From: an uncultured Candidatus Rokubacteria bacterium
GTDB lineage: Bacteria > Methylomirabilota > Methylomirabilia > Rokubacteriales > DASRDR01
Length of the DNA: 64,000 nt
Assembly (NCBI GenBank): GCA_963805625.1
Contig: CAWDVE010000017.1
Coordinates: 320,001-384,000 of the forward strand
Direction of reading: 5' to 3'
Both the position numbers and the translations under genes were made by a program. A model generated the notes under the pieces. It saw only the letters and a program-made list of their open reading frames with translations. It made no database searches and had not been told where the DNA came from. Of this stretch, positions 20,270 to 30,418 are shown in pieces. Position 1 is the first letter of the stretch. Each line of letters begins with the position of its first letter.

Positions 20270-21670
20270 CGCTGGCCGCACCGCCGTCGCGCCGGCCACG
20301 GGCGGCGCGGACGGGCCCCGCGCGACCCGGGGGCGGCGGGGTTCGGCGCGCGGCGTCGCGCTCGAGGTCCTCGTCCGGACCGAGACGACGGACGCCTATG
20401 CGGACCGCCTGCTAGAGGTGCTCACGGACCGGGCCGGGCTCGATTCGCGGGACCGCGCGCTCGCCACGGAGCTCGCTCTGGGGACCCTTCGCTGGCGGCG
20501 GCGTCTGGACTGGACGCTCGCGCGTGCGTCGCGGCGCCCGCTCGAGGACCTGGCGCCCTGGGTCCGCGCGCTCCTCCGGCTCACCGCCTACCAGCTCGCA
20601 TTCCTCGACCGGATCCCGGCGTGGGCCGCGGTCCACGACGCCGTGGAGCTTGCCAAGCGGCGGCGATCTGCAGGGGCGACCGCCTTCGTGAACGCCGTGC
20701 TCCGGGCGATCGCGAGCGCGCCGCGTCCCTGGCCCGCCCCGACGGCGGCGGACCCGGTGGAGGCGCTCGCGCTCCGCGCGTCGCACCCGACGTGGCTCGT
20801 CGAGCGCTGGTGGGCCCGCTACGGGCCCGAGGAGACGGAGGCGCTCGCGCTCGCGATGAACGAGGCGCCGGCGGTGGTGGTCCGCGCCAACACGCTTCGG
20901 CTGGCGGTCGGTGCGGTGGCCGCGGCCCTTCACGCGGCGGGAGTCGGCGCGACGCCCACGCGGTTCGCGCCCGAGGGCTTCTCGCTCGAGCGCGTGGGCG
21001 ATCTTCGGCAGCTCGCCGCCATCCGGGGGGGAGTGTCGCCGTCCAGGACGAGGCGGCCATCCTGGTGGGACACGCCCTCGGACCTCTCCCCGGAGAGACG
21101 GTCGCGGACGTCTGCGCGGCGCCGGGGACCAAGACCACGCACCTGGCGGCCCTCATGGCCAATCAGGGTCGGATCGTCGCTGCCGACCCGAACGCGGCCC
21201 GGCTGGAGCTTCTCCGGGTGGCGTGCGCCCGCCTCGGGGCCAAGATCGTCGAACCGCGCCTGGCCGATGCGCACGCCCTCGTGGAGGACCTCGGGCCGAC
21301 GTGCGACCGCGTCCTGGTCGATGCCCCTTGCTCGAACCTCGGCGTCCTCCGGCGGAACCCCGACGGCAAGTGGCGGCGGCAGCCCGGCGACTTCGCAACC
21401 CTCGTTCCCACTCAGTCGAGCATCCTCGAGTCCGCCGCGGCACTGGTCCGGCCCGGCGGGGTCCTCGTCTACGCGACCTGCTCGCTCGAGCCCGAGGAGA
21501 ACGAGGCGGTCGTGGCTGGGCTCCGGGCGCGCCGGCCGGACTTCTTGCCCGACCCCCTCCCGCCCGCCGTCCCCGAAGCATGCCGGGCGGCGCCCGACGT
21601 GTTCCGGATGACGCCACACCAACACGGCTCCGACGGCTTCACCGCGCATCGCCTCAGGAGGCGCGCATGA
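20244..21670 (+). pseudogene. rsmB: 16S rRNA m5C967 methyltransferase RsmB/Sun, frameshifted in a G7 run (possibly sequencing error)
   Basis: NusB-like N-terminus in one frame; VQDE, DVCAAPGTKT, VDAPCS, YATCSLEPEENE in another; adding one G at 21025-21031 restores IRGGSVAVQDE; start TTG 20244 inferred from GGGAG SD. Confidence 0.85.
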
Positions 21671-22329
21671 TCAAAATCGCCCCGTCGATCCTCTCGGCCG
21701 ACTACTCCGCCCTCGCCGACGAGATCGCGCGGGTCGAAGCGGGCGGCGCCGACCAGATTCACATCGACGTGATGGACGGGCACTTCGTGCCGAACCTCAC
21801 GGTCGGCCCGCCCGTCATCGAGGCGATCCGGAAGCGCACGCGGCTGCCGCTCGACCTCCACCTCATGGTGGACAACGTCGATCCGTACCTTGAGACGTAC
21901 GTCCGGGCGGGCGGAAGCGCGCTCACCGTCCACGTGGAGGCGTGCCTGCATCTTCACCGGACGCTCGGGCGGATCCGGGAGCTGGGCGCACGCGTGGGGG
22001 TGGCGCTGAACCCGGGGACCCCGACCGCCATGCTCGACTACGTGCTCGACGCCGCCGATCTGGTCCTGGTCATGTCGGTCAATCCGGGGTTCGGCGGCCA
22101 GACCTTCATCCCCGCGACCTACGCGAAGCTGGTGGACCTGAAGAACCGCCTCGGCGAGCGGTCGCTCGATGTGTCGGTGGACGGTGGCGTCAAGCTCGAG
22201 CACTGCCGCCCGCTCGCGATGCGCGGGGCCACGACGCTGGTGGCCGGCTCGGCGATCTTCTCGGCGACCGATCCCGCGGCCGAGGTGCGCCGCTTCCGGG
22301 CCGCCGCGCTCAGCGTGGCCACCACCTGA
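21667..22329 (+). CDS. rpe: ribulose-phosphate 3-epimerase
   Basis: IAPSILSAD, HIDVMDGHFVPN, MSVNPGFGGQ, VDGGV. Confidence 0.96.
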   Translation: MIKIAPSILSADYSALADEIARVEAGGADQIHIDVMDGHFVPNLTVGPPVIEAIRKRTRLPLDLHLMVDNVDPYLETYVRAGGSALTVHVEACLHLHRTLGRIRELGARVGVALNPGTPTAMLDYVLDAADLVLVMSVNPGFGGQTFIPATYAKLVDLKNRLGERSLDVSVDGGVKLEHCRPLAMRGATTLVAGSAIFSATDPAAEVRRFRAAALSVATT

Positions 22330-22382
22330 GGCGGGGCGCGCCCAGCGGACCGGCCCGCAGGTCGGCCAGGGTATCGGATCGG

Positions 22383-23102
22383 ATGGTCCACGTCGGCACA
22401 TCGGGCTTCAGCTATCCCGAGTGGCGGGGCACCTTCTATCCCGAGCGCTTCCCGCCGGCCCGGATGCTGCCCTACTACGCGGAGCGCTTCGACACGGTCG
22501 AGCTCAACAACACCTTCTACCGGATGCCAACCGCGAAGACGATTACCGGCTGGGACCGGGACACTCCGGTGGGGTTCGTCTTCGCCCTCAAGGTCCCGCA
22601 GCGGATCACCCACTTTGCCCGCCTGCGCGACGTCGCGGAGCCCCTCCGCCACCTCCTCGACACGGTCGGAGGGCTTGGCGCCAAGCTCGGTCCGCTTCTC
22701 CTCCAGCTGCCGCCGAACTTCCGGAAGGATACCGGCCGTCTCGGCGACTGCCTCGCGCTGGTGCCTCCGTCCGTCCGTATGGCTGTCGAGTTCCGCCACG
22801 CGTCGTGGCTCGACGACGAGGTGTACGGCGTCCTCCGCGCCCGGAACGCGGCCCTTTGCGTCGCCGACACCGAGGAGGGCACCACGCCCGTCGTCGTGAC
22901 GGCGGACTTCGGCTATTTGCGCCTCCGCGACCGCGCCTACGGGCCAGACGAGCTCGACGCGTGGGCGAGAACGGCCGCGCGGATCGAGTGGCGCGACGCG
23001 TTCGTGTACTTCAAGCACGAGGAGTCGGGGACGGGGCCCGCGCTGGCGCGAGAGCTGGTCGCTCTTCTGCCAGGCGCTGCTTCGCTCGAGCACCCCTTGT
23101 GA
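22383..23102 (+). CDS. DUF72 domain protein
   Basis: VGTSGFSYPEW, VELNNTFY, LLQLPP, VEFRHASW. Confidence 0.9.
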   Translation: MVHVGTSGFSYPEWRGTFYPERFPPARMLPYYAERFDTVELNNTFYRMPTAKTITGWDRDTPVGFVFALKVPQRITHFARLRDVAEPLRHLLDTVGGLGAKLGPLLLQLPPNFRKDTGRLGDCLALVPPSVRMAVEFRHASWLDDEVYGVLRARNAALCVADTEEGTTPVVVTADFGYLRLRDRAYGPDELDAWARTAARIEWRDAFVYFKHEESGTGPALARELVALLPGAASLEHPL

Positions 23103-23140
23103 CGTCCGCGGCCCGAACCACGTAGCGTAGCGGGCCGTTC

Positions 23141-23451
23141 GAGAACACCCTCGACAACGCCCTGTCCTTCTCGCCGCGAGGCGGGACGGTGCGCATCGAG
23201 CTCACTCACCATGCCGGATGGGCGGTCGCCACCATCACGGACGAGGGGCCCGGACTCCCGGCGGGAAGCGAGGAGCTGATCTTCTCGCGCTTCTACAGCT
23301 ATTGACCCGGCGAGGGGAAGAGCGACGACGGCCACACCGGGCTCGGTCTCGCGCTCGTGAAAGCGATCGTCGAGGGATACGGTGGCTCGGTCGGTGCCGC
23401 CAGCCGGCCCGACGGGGTGCCGTCTTCACGGTGCGCCTGCCAGGCGCGTGA
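23141..23451 (+). pseudogene. remnant of a sensor histidine kinase HATPase domain
   Basis: ENTLDNALSFSP, DEGPG, IFSRFYSY then TGA (23303), GLGLALVKAIVE, frameshift, AVFTVRLP; no N-terminus. Confidence 0.8.
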
Positions 23452-23464
23452 CTCCCTCGCCGGC

Positions 23465-26143
23465 TCAGCGGCGCGACTGTCCTCCTCGTTGGCCCCCGCG
23501 CCGGCCCGGCGCCGGTGGCGGCAGATGCTCGCGCTCGGCCGGCCCCGCTGCCTGAGGGGCGGGTGCGCGCATGGCGAGCCGCCCTTCCAGGCGCGCCAGC
23601 ACCGCGGCCATCTCGATCCCCGCTCCGAGCACGGGCAGGAGCGGGTCGGGGCGCCGCGCGAAGCGGCGCGGCACGGTGCGAATGGTGAAGCGCGCGGGGT
23701 CGAGCCGCGCGGTCACCTCCCTCCACTCGAGCGGGCAGGAGACCGGAGCGCCCGGCAGCGGTCGGACCGAGAACGGCGCGGCGATGGTGCGACCGTGACC
23801 GTTCTGGCCGAAGTCGACGTACACCTTGCCGCCGCGGGCGCCGAGCGGCCGGGCGAGCGTGGCGATCGCCGGCTCGGCCTCGACGACCAGGACGGCGAGG
23901 AGGCGGGCGAGGGTGCGCGCCTGCTCGTGCGTGTACCGGGCGCCGAGGGGGACGAGAACGTGGAGCCCGGTGGCGCCGGACGTCTTCGCGTGGCTTGGGA
24001 GATCGAGATCGTCGAGGAGGCGATGGACCGCCTGTGCGACGCGCACCACGTCGGTGAACGGCGCGCCCTTCGGATCGAGATCGAGGACGAGCCAGTCCGG
24101 GCGCTCGAGCGCCGGCACGCGCGCGCTCCAGGCGTGGATCGGAATCGTGCCCATGTTGGCCACGTACCGGAGCATCTCGGCGTCGTCCACGACGAAGTAG
24201 TCGATCTCCCGGTCGGTGTCCTTGGAATAGACCCGCTCCGTCCGCACCCAGTCAGGCGCGAACTCCGATGCGTCCTTCTGGAAGAAGGTCTTGCCGGCGA
24301 TGCCGTCGGGATAGCGGGTGAGGACGATCGGCCGGTCGCGGAGGTACGGAAGCATCACGGGCGCGATCGTGTCGTAGTAGCGGATCAAATCGCCCTTGGT
24401 ATATCCCTCGGCCGGCCAGAAGACCTTGTCGAGGTTGGTGAGGCGAACCCGCGGCGCCGGCGCATCGCGCGGCCCGTCCCCGGCCGTCGCGAGGGGAGTC
24501 GCGGCCTCGACCACCTCGGCCTCGGCCCGGATGGGCTCGGTCTCATCGGGCCAAGCCCCGGTATCCGGTGCCTCGCGGCGGCAGTCCTCGGGACGGACGT
24601 CGTCGCGGAGCCGGAGGTACGTCGGGTGGCGGACCCCGCCGTCCCGGGTCCACTCCGCGTACCGCACCTCCGCGACGAGCCGCGGCTCGACCCAGTGGTG
24701 CCCGCGCCCCGCGGGCGTGCCCACCTCGAACGGTGACGTCTCCCGGCGGAGCGGCTCGAGCTGCCGCCAGAGCCGCTCGAGCTCGGCGCCGTCGAAGCCC
24801 GAGCCAACCTTCGACACGTAGACGAGGCGGGCGCCGTCGTAGAGGCCCATGTGGAGCGCGCCAAAGCGGGCCCGGCTGCCCTGGGGGTCGGTGTAACCCC
24901 CGATCACGAACTCCTGCCGATGTTGGCACTTGATCTTGAGCCACGCGTCCGAGCGGCGCGCCACGTAGGCGCTCTGGGCCCGCTTGGCCACGATGCCCTC
25001 GAGCCGGGCCTCCGCAGCGGCCTCGAGGAAGGCGGGCCCCGCGCCCGCCACGTGGTCCCCGTAGCGCGCGACTCCGAGCGGCGGCAGGACGCGCCGGAGG
25101 CAGGTCTTGCGCGTGACGAGCGGCACGCGCCGGAGGTCGTGACCCTCGAGCGCGAGGCAGTCGAAGAACACGGCCTCGACCGGGACCGTGGCCATCGCGC
25201 GGGCCACATCTCCGGGGCGGGTGAGACCCATGCGCGCCTGGAGTCGCTGGAAGCTCGAGACGCCCCGTGCGTCGAGGGCCACGATCTCGCCGTCCATCAG
25301 GAAGCGATCGAACGCGAGCGCCCGGAGCGCCGACACGATCTCGGGGTAGCGGCTCGTGACGTTCTGGCCGCTCCGGCCGACGAGGGTCACCGCGTCGCCC
25401 CGGCGCTCCGCCAGGACTCGCACCCCATCGTACTTGATCTCGAAGAGCCAGTCCGCGCCCTTGGGGGCCTGCTTGGCCAGGGTCGCGAGCATGAAGCCCT
25501 GCTTCCGGACCGGCACCTCACTGACCGGCAGGTCCAGATCCCGGAGTCGCGCCCGGAGTGCGTCCCGCACGGCGCCCGCGTCGCGCATCTCCTCGAGCGT
25601 CAGCCCGGAGCGGACCGACCGGGGGTAGCGCTCGGTGGCTTCCTCCACCGGGATGGGTTCGCCGGCCTTCCGGATCAGGAGCCACTCCTTGGCCTTGCCG
25701 CTCATCCGCGCGAGGGTCCAGCGGCCGCGGAGTTTGTGGCCGTGGAAGTCCACCTCGACCAGCCCGCGCGCGAGCTGGGCCCGGAGATCCTCGGGCTTCG
25801 CCGAGCGGTAGCGCCCGTGGTCCCAGACGATGACGGCACCGGCTCCGTAGTTGTCCTTCGGGATCACGCCCTCGAAGTCGGCGTACTCGAGCGGGTGGTC
25901 CTCGACGTGGACCGCCAGGCGCTTGACCTCCGGCCGGACCGACGGCCCCTTGGGGACGGCCCAGCTCTTGAGCACTCCGTCCATCTCCAGGCGGAGATCG
26001 TAGTGGAGGCGTCGGGCGGCGTGCTGCTGAACGACGAAGAGCCCACCCGTTCCTGGCTGCCCACCCCCGAAGGGCTCGGGGGTGGTGTCGGGGTCGCGCT
26101 TCCGCCGGTAGGCGTCGAGCTGGGGCGGCCGCTCGTCGATCAC
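23465..26143 (-). CDS. ligD: NHEJ DNA ligase D (phosphoesterase-ligase-polymerase)
   Basis: FVVQQHAARRLHYDLRLE; FEIKYDGVR, EGIVAK, WLKIK; LTNLDKVFWP, RYPDGI, LDLDP; start GTG 26143 inferred. Confidence 0.95.
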   Translation of the reverse strand: MIDERPPQLDAYRRKRDPDTTPEPFGGGQPGTGGLFVVQQHAARRLHYDLRLEMDGVLKSWAVPKGPSVRPEVKRLAVHVEDHPLEYADFEGVIPKDNYGAGAVIVWDHGRYRSAKPEDLRAQLARGLVEVDFHGHKLRGRWTLARMSGKAKEWLLIRKAGEPIPVEEATERYPRSVRSGLTLEEMRDAGAVRDALRARLRDLDLPVSEVPVRKQGFMLATLAKQAPKGADWLFEIKYDGVRVLAERRGDAVTLVGRSGQNVTSRYPEIVSALRALAFDRFLMDGEIVALDARGVSSFQRLQARMGLTRPGDVARAMATVPVEAVFFDCLALEGHDLRRVPLVTRKTCLRRVLPPLGVARYGDHVAGAGPAFLEAAAEARLEGIVAKRAQSAYVARRSDAWLKIKCQHRQEFVIGGYTDPQGSRARFGALHMGLYDGARLVYVSKVGSGFDGAELERLWRQLEPLRRETSPFEVGTPAGRGHHWVEPRLVAEVRYAEWTRDGGVRHPTYLRLRDDVRPEDCRREAPDTGAWPDETEPIRAEAEVVEAATPLATAGDGPRDAPAPRVRLTNLDKVFWPAEGYTKGDLIRYYDTIAPVMLPYLRDRPIVLTRYPDGIAGKTFFQKDASEFAPDWVRTERVYSKDTDREIDYFVVDDAEMLRYVANMGTIPIHAWSARVPALERPDWLVLDLDPKGAPFTDVVRVAQAVHRLLDDLDLPSHAKTSGATGLHVLVPLGARYTHEQARTLARLLAVLVVEAEPAIATLARPLGARGGKVYVDFGQNGHGRTIAAPFSVRPLPGAPVSCPLEWREVTARLDPARFTIRTVPRRFARRPDPLLPVLGAGIEMAAVLARLEGRLAMRAPAPQAAGPAEREHLPPPAPGRRGGQRGGQSRR

Positions 26144-26276
26144 TAGGGGCTGGCCCTCGCCGGCGGGACGACCCCAAGTGGTAGGGCGCCCGCGGGCGCT
26201 TTGAAGCATAACGGGCCCCGTGGTACGGTGCAAAACGCTCCATCACGTCGAGATTTCCGGGCCGGGAGGGCGCGTC

Positions 26277-27152
26277 ATGCCACCGCATTCGATCGGGTCG
26301 GGGACGATCTCCTTCGGACTGGTGTCCATCCCGATCCGCCTCTACACCGCCGCCTCGTCGGCGGGCGTGAGCTTCAACCTCCTCCACGCCAAGTGCGGGA
26401 GCCGCATCCGCCAGCAGACCTATTGCCCGGTGTGCAAGGAGGTCGTCGACCGGACGGCCCTGGTCAAGGGCTACGAGGTCCAGAAGGACGAGTACGTCCG
26501 GTTCACCGACGAGGAGCTGAAAGGCCTCGAGGGCGAGGCGTCCAAGGTGATCGACATCGCCGAGTTCGTCCCGCTGGGGAAGGTGGACCCCATCTACTTC
26601 GAGAAGACGTACTACCTCGGACCGGACAAGGGCGGGGAGAAGGCCTACCGGCTCCTCGCCGACGCGATGGCCCGGACCGACCGGGTGGCGCTCGCCAAGT
26701 TCGTCATGCGCGGCAAGGAGAGCCTCGTCCTCATCCGCGCCGCCCAGGGCGGACTCATGCTCCACACGATGTACTTCGCGGACGAGGTCCGGGACTTCGG
26801 CGAGATCGAGAAGGGGCAGACCGCGAAGATCAAGGACGGCGAGCTCGACCTGGCGGTGCGGCTCGTCGACGAGCTGTCGCACGAGGAGTTCGCACCGGGG
26901 CAGTATGAGGACGACCACCGCCAGCGGGTCCTCGCCGCCGTCGAGCAGAAGGTGGCCGGACGGGAAGTCACGGCGGCCGGCCCCGAGGCCCAGCGCGCCC
27001 AGGTGATCGACCTCATGGACGCGCTCAAGGAGAGCCTCGCCCGGCGGCCCGCGCCCGCCAAGAAGCCGCCGGTTAAGGTCGAGCGCCCCGCCGCGGCCGC
27101 TTCCGCCAGGATCGAGCGCGCCGAGAAGAAGGCTCAGGCCGGGCGGAAGTGA
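26277..27152 (+). CDS. ku: NHEJ Ku protein
   Basis: GTISFGLVSIPIRLY, VKGYE, DPIYFEKTYYL, VIDLMDALKES and basic tail; divergent from ligD. Confidence 0.95.
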   Translation: MPPHSIGSGTISFGLVSIPIRLYTAASSAGVSFNLLHAKCGSRIRQQTYCPVCKEVVDRTALVKGYEVQKDEYVRFTDEELKGLEGEASKVIDIAEFVPLGKVDPIYFEKTYYLGPDKGGEKAYRLLADAMARTDRVALAKFVMRGKESLVLIRAAQGGLMLHTMYFADEVRDFGEIEKGQTAKIKDGELDLAVRLVDELSHEEFAPGQYEDDHRQRVLAAVEQKVAGREVTAAGPEAQRAQVIDLMDALKESLARRPAPAKKPPVKVERPAAAASARIERAEKKAQAGRK

Positions 27153-27171
27153 CCGCCGTCTCCGAGGAGGG

Positions 27172-28893
27172 GTGAACCCTTCGCGAGAGAATCGGGCCGG
27201 GCCGTCCGCCGCCATCGTCTTCGCTGTCGCCCTTGCCCTCCGGCTGGGTCACGTCCTCGCGCTGAGGGACAGTCCATACTTCGCGCGCCCCGTCCTCGAC
27301 GCCGAGACCTACTACTGGGCGGCCCGTGCCCTGGCGGCCGGGGAGGGATGGGCGGAGGCCGTGTACTGGCAGCCGCCCGGCTACCCGTACTTCCTCGGCG
27401 CGATCCTCCGGCTCGCGGGTCCAGGATTCCTCGCGCCGCGCCTCGTCCAGGCGGTGCTGGGCGCGCTGACCGCCGCGTTGACCTGTGCCATCGGCACCCG
27501 CGTGTTCGGCCGGGCGGTCGGGCTCGGCGCCGGAATGGCCGTGGCCCTCTACGGCGTGCTCATCTACTACGATGGCGAGCTGCTCGCGCCATCCCTGGCG
27601 ATCTGCCTCCAGATGGCGACCCTCTACTGCGCGGCGCGGGCGCCGGCGGAGCGCGGCGGGCGCGGCTGGCTCGCCACGGGTCTCCTGGGCGGCTTGACGG
27701 CGGTCGTGAACGCGCCGGCCCTCGTCCTCCTCCCGATCCTGGCGATCGCGGCCCGCCGGCGGGCCGTCTGGCTCTTCCTGGGGGCGGCCATCGCGATCGC
27801 GCCCGTGACGCTCAGGAACTGGACCGAGGGCGGGGAGCTCGTCCTCATCTCGTCGAATACCGGGATCAACCTCTATCTTGGCAACAATCCCCGGTACGAC
27901 GCGACAGTGGGAATGCGCCCCGGCCGCGACTGGCAGGCGCTCCTCCGAGCGCCGCGACTCCACGGCGTGTCGGGCGCGGGCCCGGCGTCCCGCTTCTTCG
28001 TGGAGCGCGTCACGGCATATGCCGCGCGCGAGCCCGTCGGGTTCCTCTTCCTCCAGGTCCGGAAGCTCCGGTTGCTCCTCGGTGGTACCGAGATTCCCCG
28101 GAACCAGGAGCTGTACCCGGCTCGCGCCTGGTCCCCCGTTCTCCGGGTGCTGCTCTGGAAGGGGCCGGGGCTTGCGTTCCCGTTCGGCGTGCTTCTCCCG
28201 CTCGCCGTCGTCGGGCTCGGCGTGGCCTGGCGGCGGGCGCCGGTCCTCGCCGCCTCGGTCGTCCTGCTTGGACTCGCGGTCGTCGCGTTCTTCGTCACGG
28301 GACGCTACCGCGCGCCTCTGGTCCCGCTGCTGGCGCTATTCGCGGCGGCGGGTGTCCGATGGGCGGCCATCGAGGCGAGCCTGCGGGCGCGCGTGGCGGC
28401 GGGCGTCGTCGCGGTGGCCGTCTATCTCCTCGCGAATCTCGGCCAGGGACCGATGCCGCTTCGGATGAATTCCGACGCCGAACAGAGTCTGGCCCACTGG
28501 CTCGAGCGCGAGGGCCACCGTCCGGAGGCGTTCGCGCTCTACGGACGGCTCGCGCACGAGACGCCGGCCTCGTTCGACGCGTGGTACGGGGTCGCCCAGC
28601 TGGCGAGGATGCTCGGGCAGCCGGCCGAGGCCGCCGCGGCGCTGGCGAGGATCCGCGGGCTCGAGCCAGAGTTCCTCGACACCGCGCTCCTCCTGGCGCG
28701 CGCCGGGCTCGGGGCCGGGTGCGGGGCCGAGGCGGAGGCCTTCGCCCACCGCGCGATGGCGCTCGACGGCCGAAGCGATCTGGCCCGGGCGCTCCTCCGG
28801 GAGGCCCAGGCGCTCCGGGCCGCTCGACTCGCGGGGCCTTCGGGCGGCTGCCCCGACCAGGTCTTCGTCGCCCCATTCGCGCTCGCGTCGTAG
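27172..28893 (+). CDS. GT-C (PMT/GT39-like) membrane glycosyltransferase with C-terminal TPR-like helices
   Basis: PVLDAETY, WQPPGYPYFL, GINLYLGNNP, FFVTGRYRAP; multiple TM segments. Confidence 0.75.
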   Translation: MNPSRENRAGPSAAIVFAVALALRLGHVLALRDSPYFARPVLDAETYYWAARALAAGEGWAEAVYWQPPGYPYFLGAILRLAGPGFLAPRLVQAVLGALTAALTCAIGTRVFGRAVGLGAGMAVALYGVLIYYDGELLAPSLAICLQMATLYCAARAPAERGGRGWLATGLLGGLTAVVNAPALVLLPILAIAARRRAVWLFLGAAIAIAPVTLRNWTEGGELVLISSNTGINLYLGNNPRYDATVGMRPGRDWQALLRAPRLHGVSGAGPASRFFVERVTAYAAREPVGFLFLQVRKLRLLLGGTEIPRNQELYPARAWSPVLRVLLWKGPGLAFPFGVLLPLAVVGLGVAWRRAPVLAASVVLLGLAVVAFFVTGRYRAPLVPLLALFAAAGVRWAAIEASLRARVAAGVVAVAVYLLANLGQGPMPLRMNSDAEQSLAHWLEREGHRPEAFALYGRLAHETPASFDAWYGVAQLARMLGQPAEAAAALARIRGLEPEFLDTALLLARAGLGAGCGAEAEAFAHRAMALDGRSDLARALLREAQALRAARLAGPSGGCPDQVFVAPFALAS

Positions 28894-29000
28894 GGGCGGG
28901 CGCCGGGGTCCCCGACAGGCCTCACTCGGGCCGTCCGGCGGGGCATTTCGGGCCACGACTTTGCCGCCGCTTCCTGTAGCTGTCCAGTGAAAATGTCACC

Positions 29001-30416
29001 CTAACTGTTCCGTGAGAATGTCACCCCTGTGTGAGGGGTGTGGCGACGGAGGTTGAGTGAGCGGCGCCAGGGATGCGTGGCGGCGGGGCGAGCCGTCTGG
29101 GTGGTCGGGGTGAGGCGGCGCGCCGAGGGGCGCGCAGGCGGTTTCTGGGGAATACTCTGATGGCGGCCCCCCTCCTCCGACGCAGTCCTGGAGGCGCGTA
29201 GGCGACGCGTGCGCTCCGCGTGGGGCTTGCTGCGGGGCGTGAGGACGAAATCAGGCCCCGGCGAGGGCTGACTGACGAGTCGCCCGCCGGCGCGGACGAC
29301 AAGGAGCCGGCCGTCGACACACTCGCGGAGGTCGACACGGCGGCCCGCGGAGGAGCGGCCGGAAGGACCGGGGGGGATCTGGGCCCAGCGGGTCCCCAGG
29401 CGGACGGTGTTGTCGGGGGCGACGACGCGGGTGTAGCGGCAGCTGAGTTGGTCGGCGAAGTCCCGCGGCCGCGGCCGCCAGGCGGCGTGGGCGTCGGTGG
29501 GGGGATGAGCGAAGCGGCCATTGTAATCGGCGAGGAACTCAGGGAGGAAGGCGTTGGCCGCCGCGCGGGTCGCGATCCCGCGCAGGCGGAGCTCGACGAC
29601 GAGGCGATCTTGCAGGGTGCGCCAGAGCCGTTCGATGCGCCCCTTGGCCTGGGGGGAGCCCGCCGCCAGGAAGCCGATGGCGAGGTCTCGGAGGATCTGG
29701 CCGAAATGGGTGGGGTGCTGGTGGCCTTGGAGTTCTTCCGCGAGCGTCCAGTGCGGGTCGTTGCGGACGAAAACGCCGAAACGATCGCCGTACAGGGTCA
29801 GCGGGAGGCCGTAGGCCAGACCGATTTGCTGGAGCACGGTGGCGTAGCCGTGCAGGTCCTCGGTCGGCCGAACGTGCAGGGCCAGGACCGTGCCGGTGGC
29901 GTCGTCGATCGCGCCGTGGAGGGTCAGGGCGGGGCCCCGGTCTTCGAGCCACGCGTGGGGGCTGCCGTCGAGCTGGACGAGGACGCCCATGCGGGCTTCC
30001 GGGGTCCGGCGAGCCCGGTGCTGGCGGGGCCGGCGGCGATGCTTGGCCGGCAGGTCCAGGGCGCGGCGGATCCGCCGCACGGAGGCCCGGCTGACGCGGA
30101 GGCCCTCGACCTCGCGCAGCTTCTCCGTGGCGTGGCAGTCATTGACATCGAGGTAGGTGGTCTGCAGGAGCGCCGCCACCCGCGCCCGGACGTCGGCCGG
30201 CAGCCGGCGGGGGGAGGGTCGCCCCCGCAGGCGGTGGCACAGGCCCGACGCCCCGGCGGCCTGGAAGCGATGCTTGACCCGGATGAACTGCCGGACGCTC
30301 AGGTGCAAGGCCCCGGCTCCCTCGGCATTGGTGAACTTCCCGGCCAGGGCCGCCTTGAGCAGGCCGGGCCGCGGGACTTCCTTGCGACTCATCGTGAGAG
30401 GCTCCCATGTCGGCAT
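29001..30416 (-). CDS. IS1202/ISNCY-family DDE transposase
   Basis: HTH N-terminus; VQLDGSPHAWLE, IDDATG, LYGDR, SPQAKGRIERLWRTLQDRL; stop lies inside the terminal IR. Confidence 0.92.
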   Translation of the reverse strand: MPTWEPLTMSRKEVPRPGLLKAALAGKFTNAEGAGALHLSVRQFIRVKHRFQAAGASGLCHRLRGRPSPRRLPADVRARVAALLQTTYLDVNDCHATEKLREVEGLRVSRASVRRIRRALDLPAKHRRRPRQHRARRTPEARMGVLVQLDGSPHAWLEDRGPALTLHGAIDDATGTVLALHVRPTEDLHGYATVLQQIGLAYGLPLTLYGDRFGVFVRNDPHWTLAEELQGHQHPTHFGQILRDLAIGFLAAGSPQAKGRIERLWRTLQDRLVVELRLRGIATRAAANAFLPEFLADYNGRFAHPPTDAHAAWRPRPRDFADQLSCRYTRVVAPDNTVRLGTRWAQIPPGPSGRSSAGRRVDLRECVDGRLLVVRAGGRLVSQPSPGPDFVLTPRSKPHAERTRRLRASRTASEEGGRHQSIPQKPPARPSARRLTPTTQTARPAATHPWRRSLNLRRHTPHTGVTFSRNS

Positions 30417-30418
30417 GG

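Noticed and set aside
28940-28975. XerCD/dif targeting by the IS1202-family element
   Set aside because: No dif-like AT-rich 28-bp site next to either end, and the TSD is long
28975-29027. Repeated TGTCACCC units as CRISPR or iteron
   Set aside because: Only two units, mirrored at 31922-31976; they are internal repeats of IS ends
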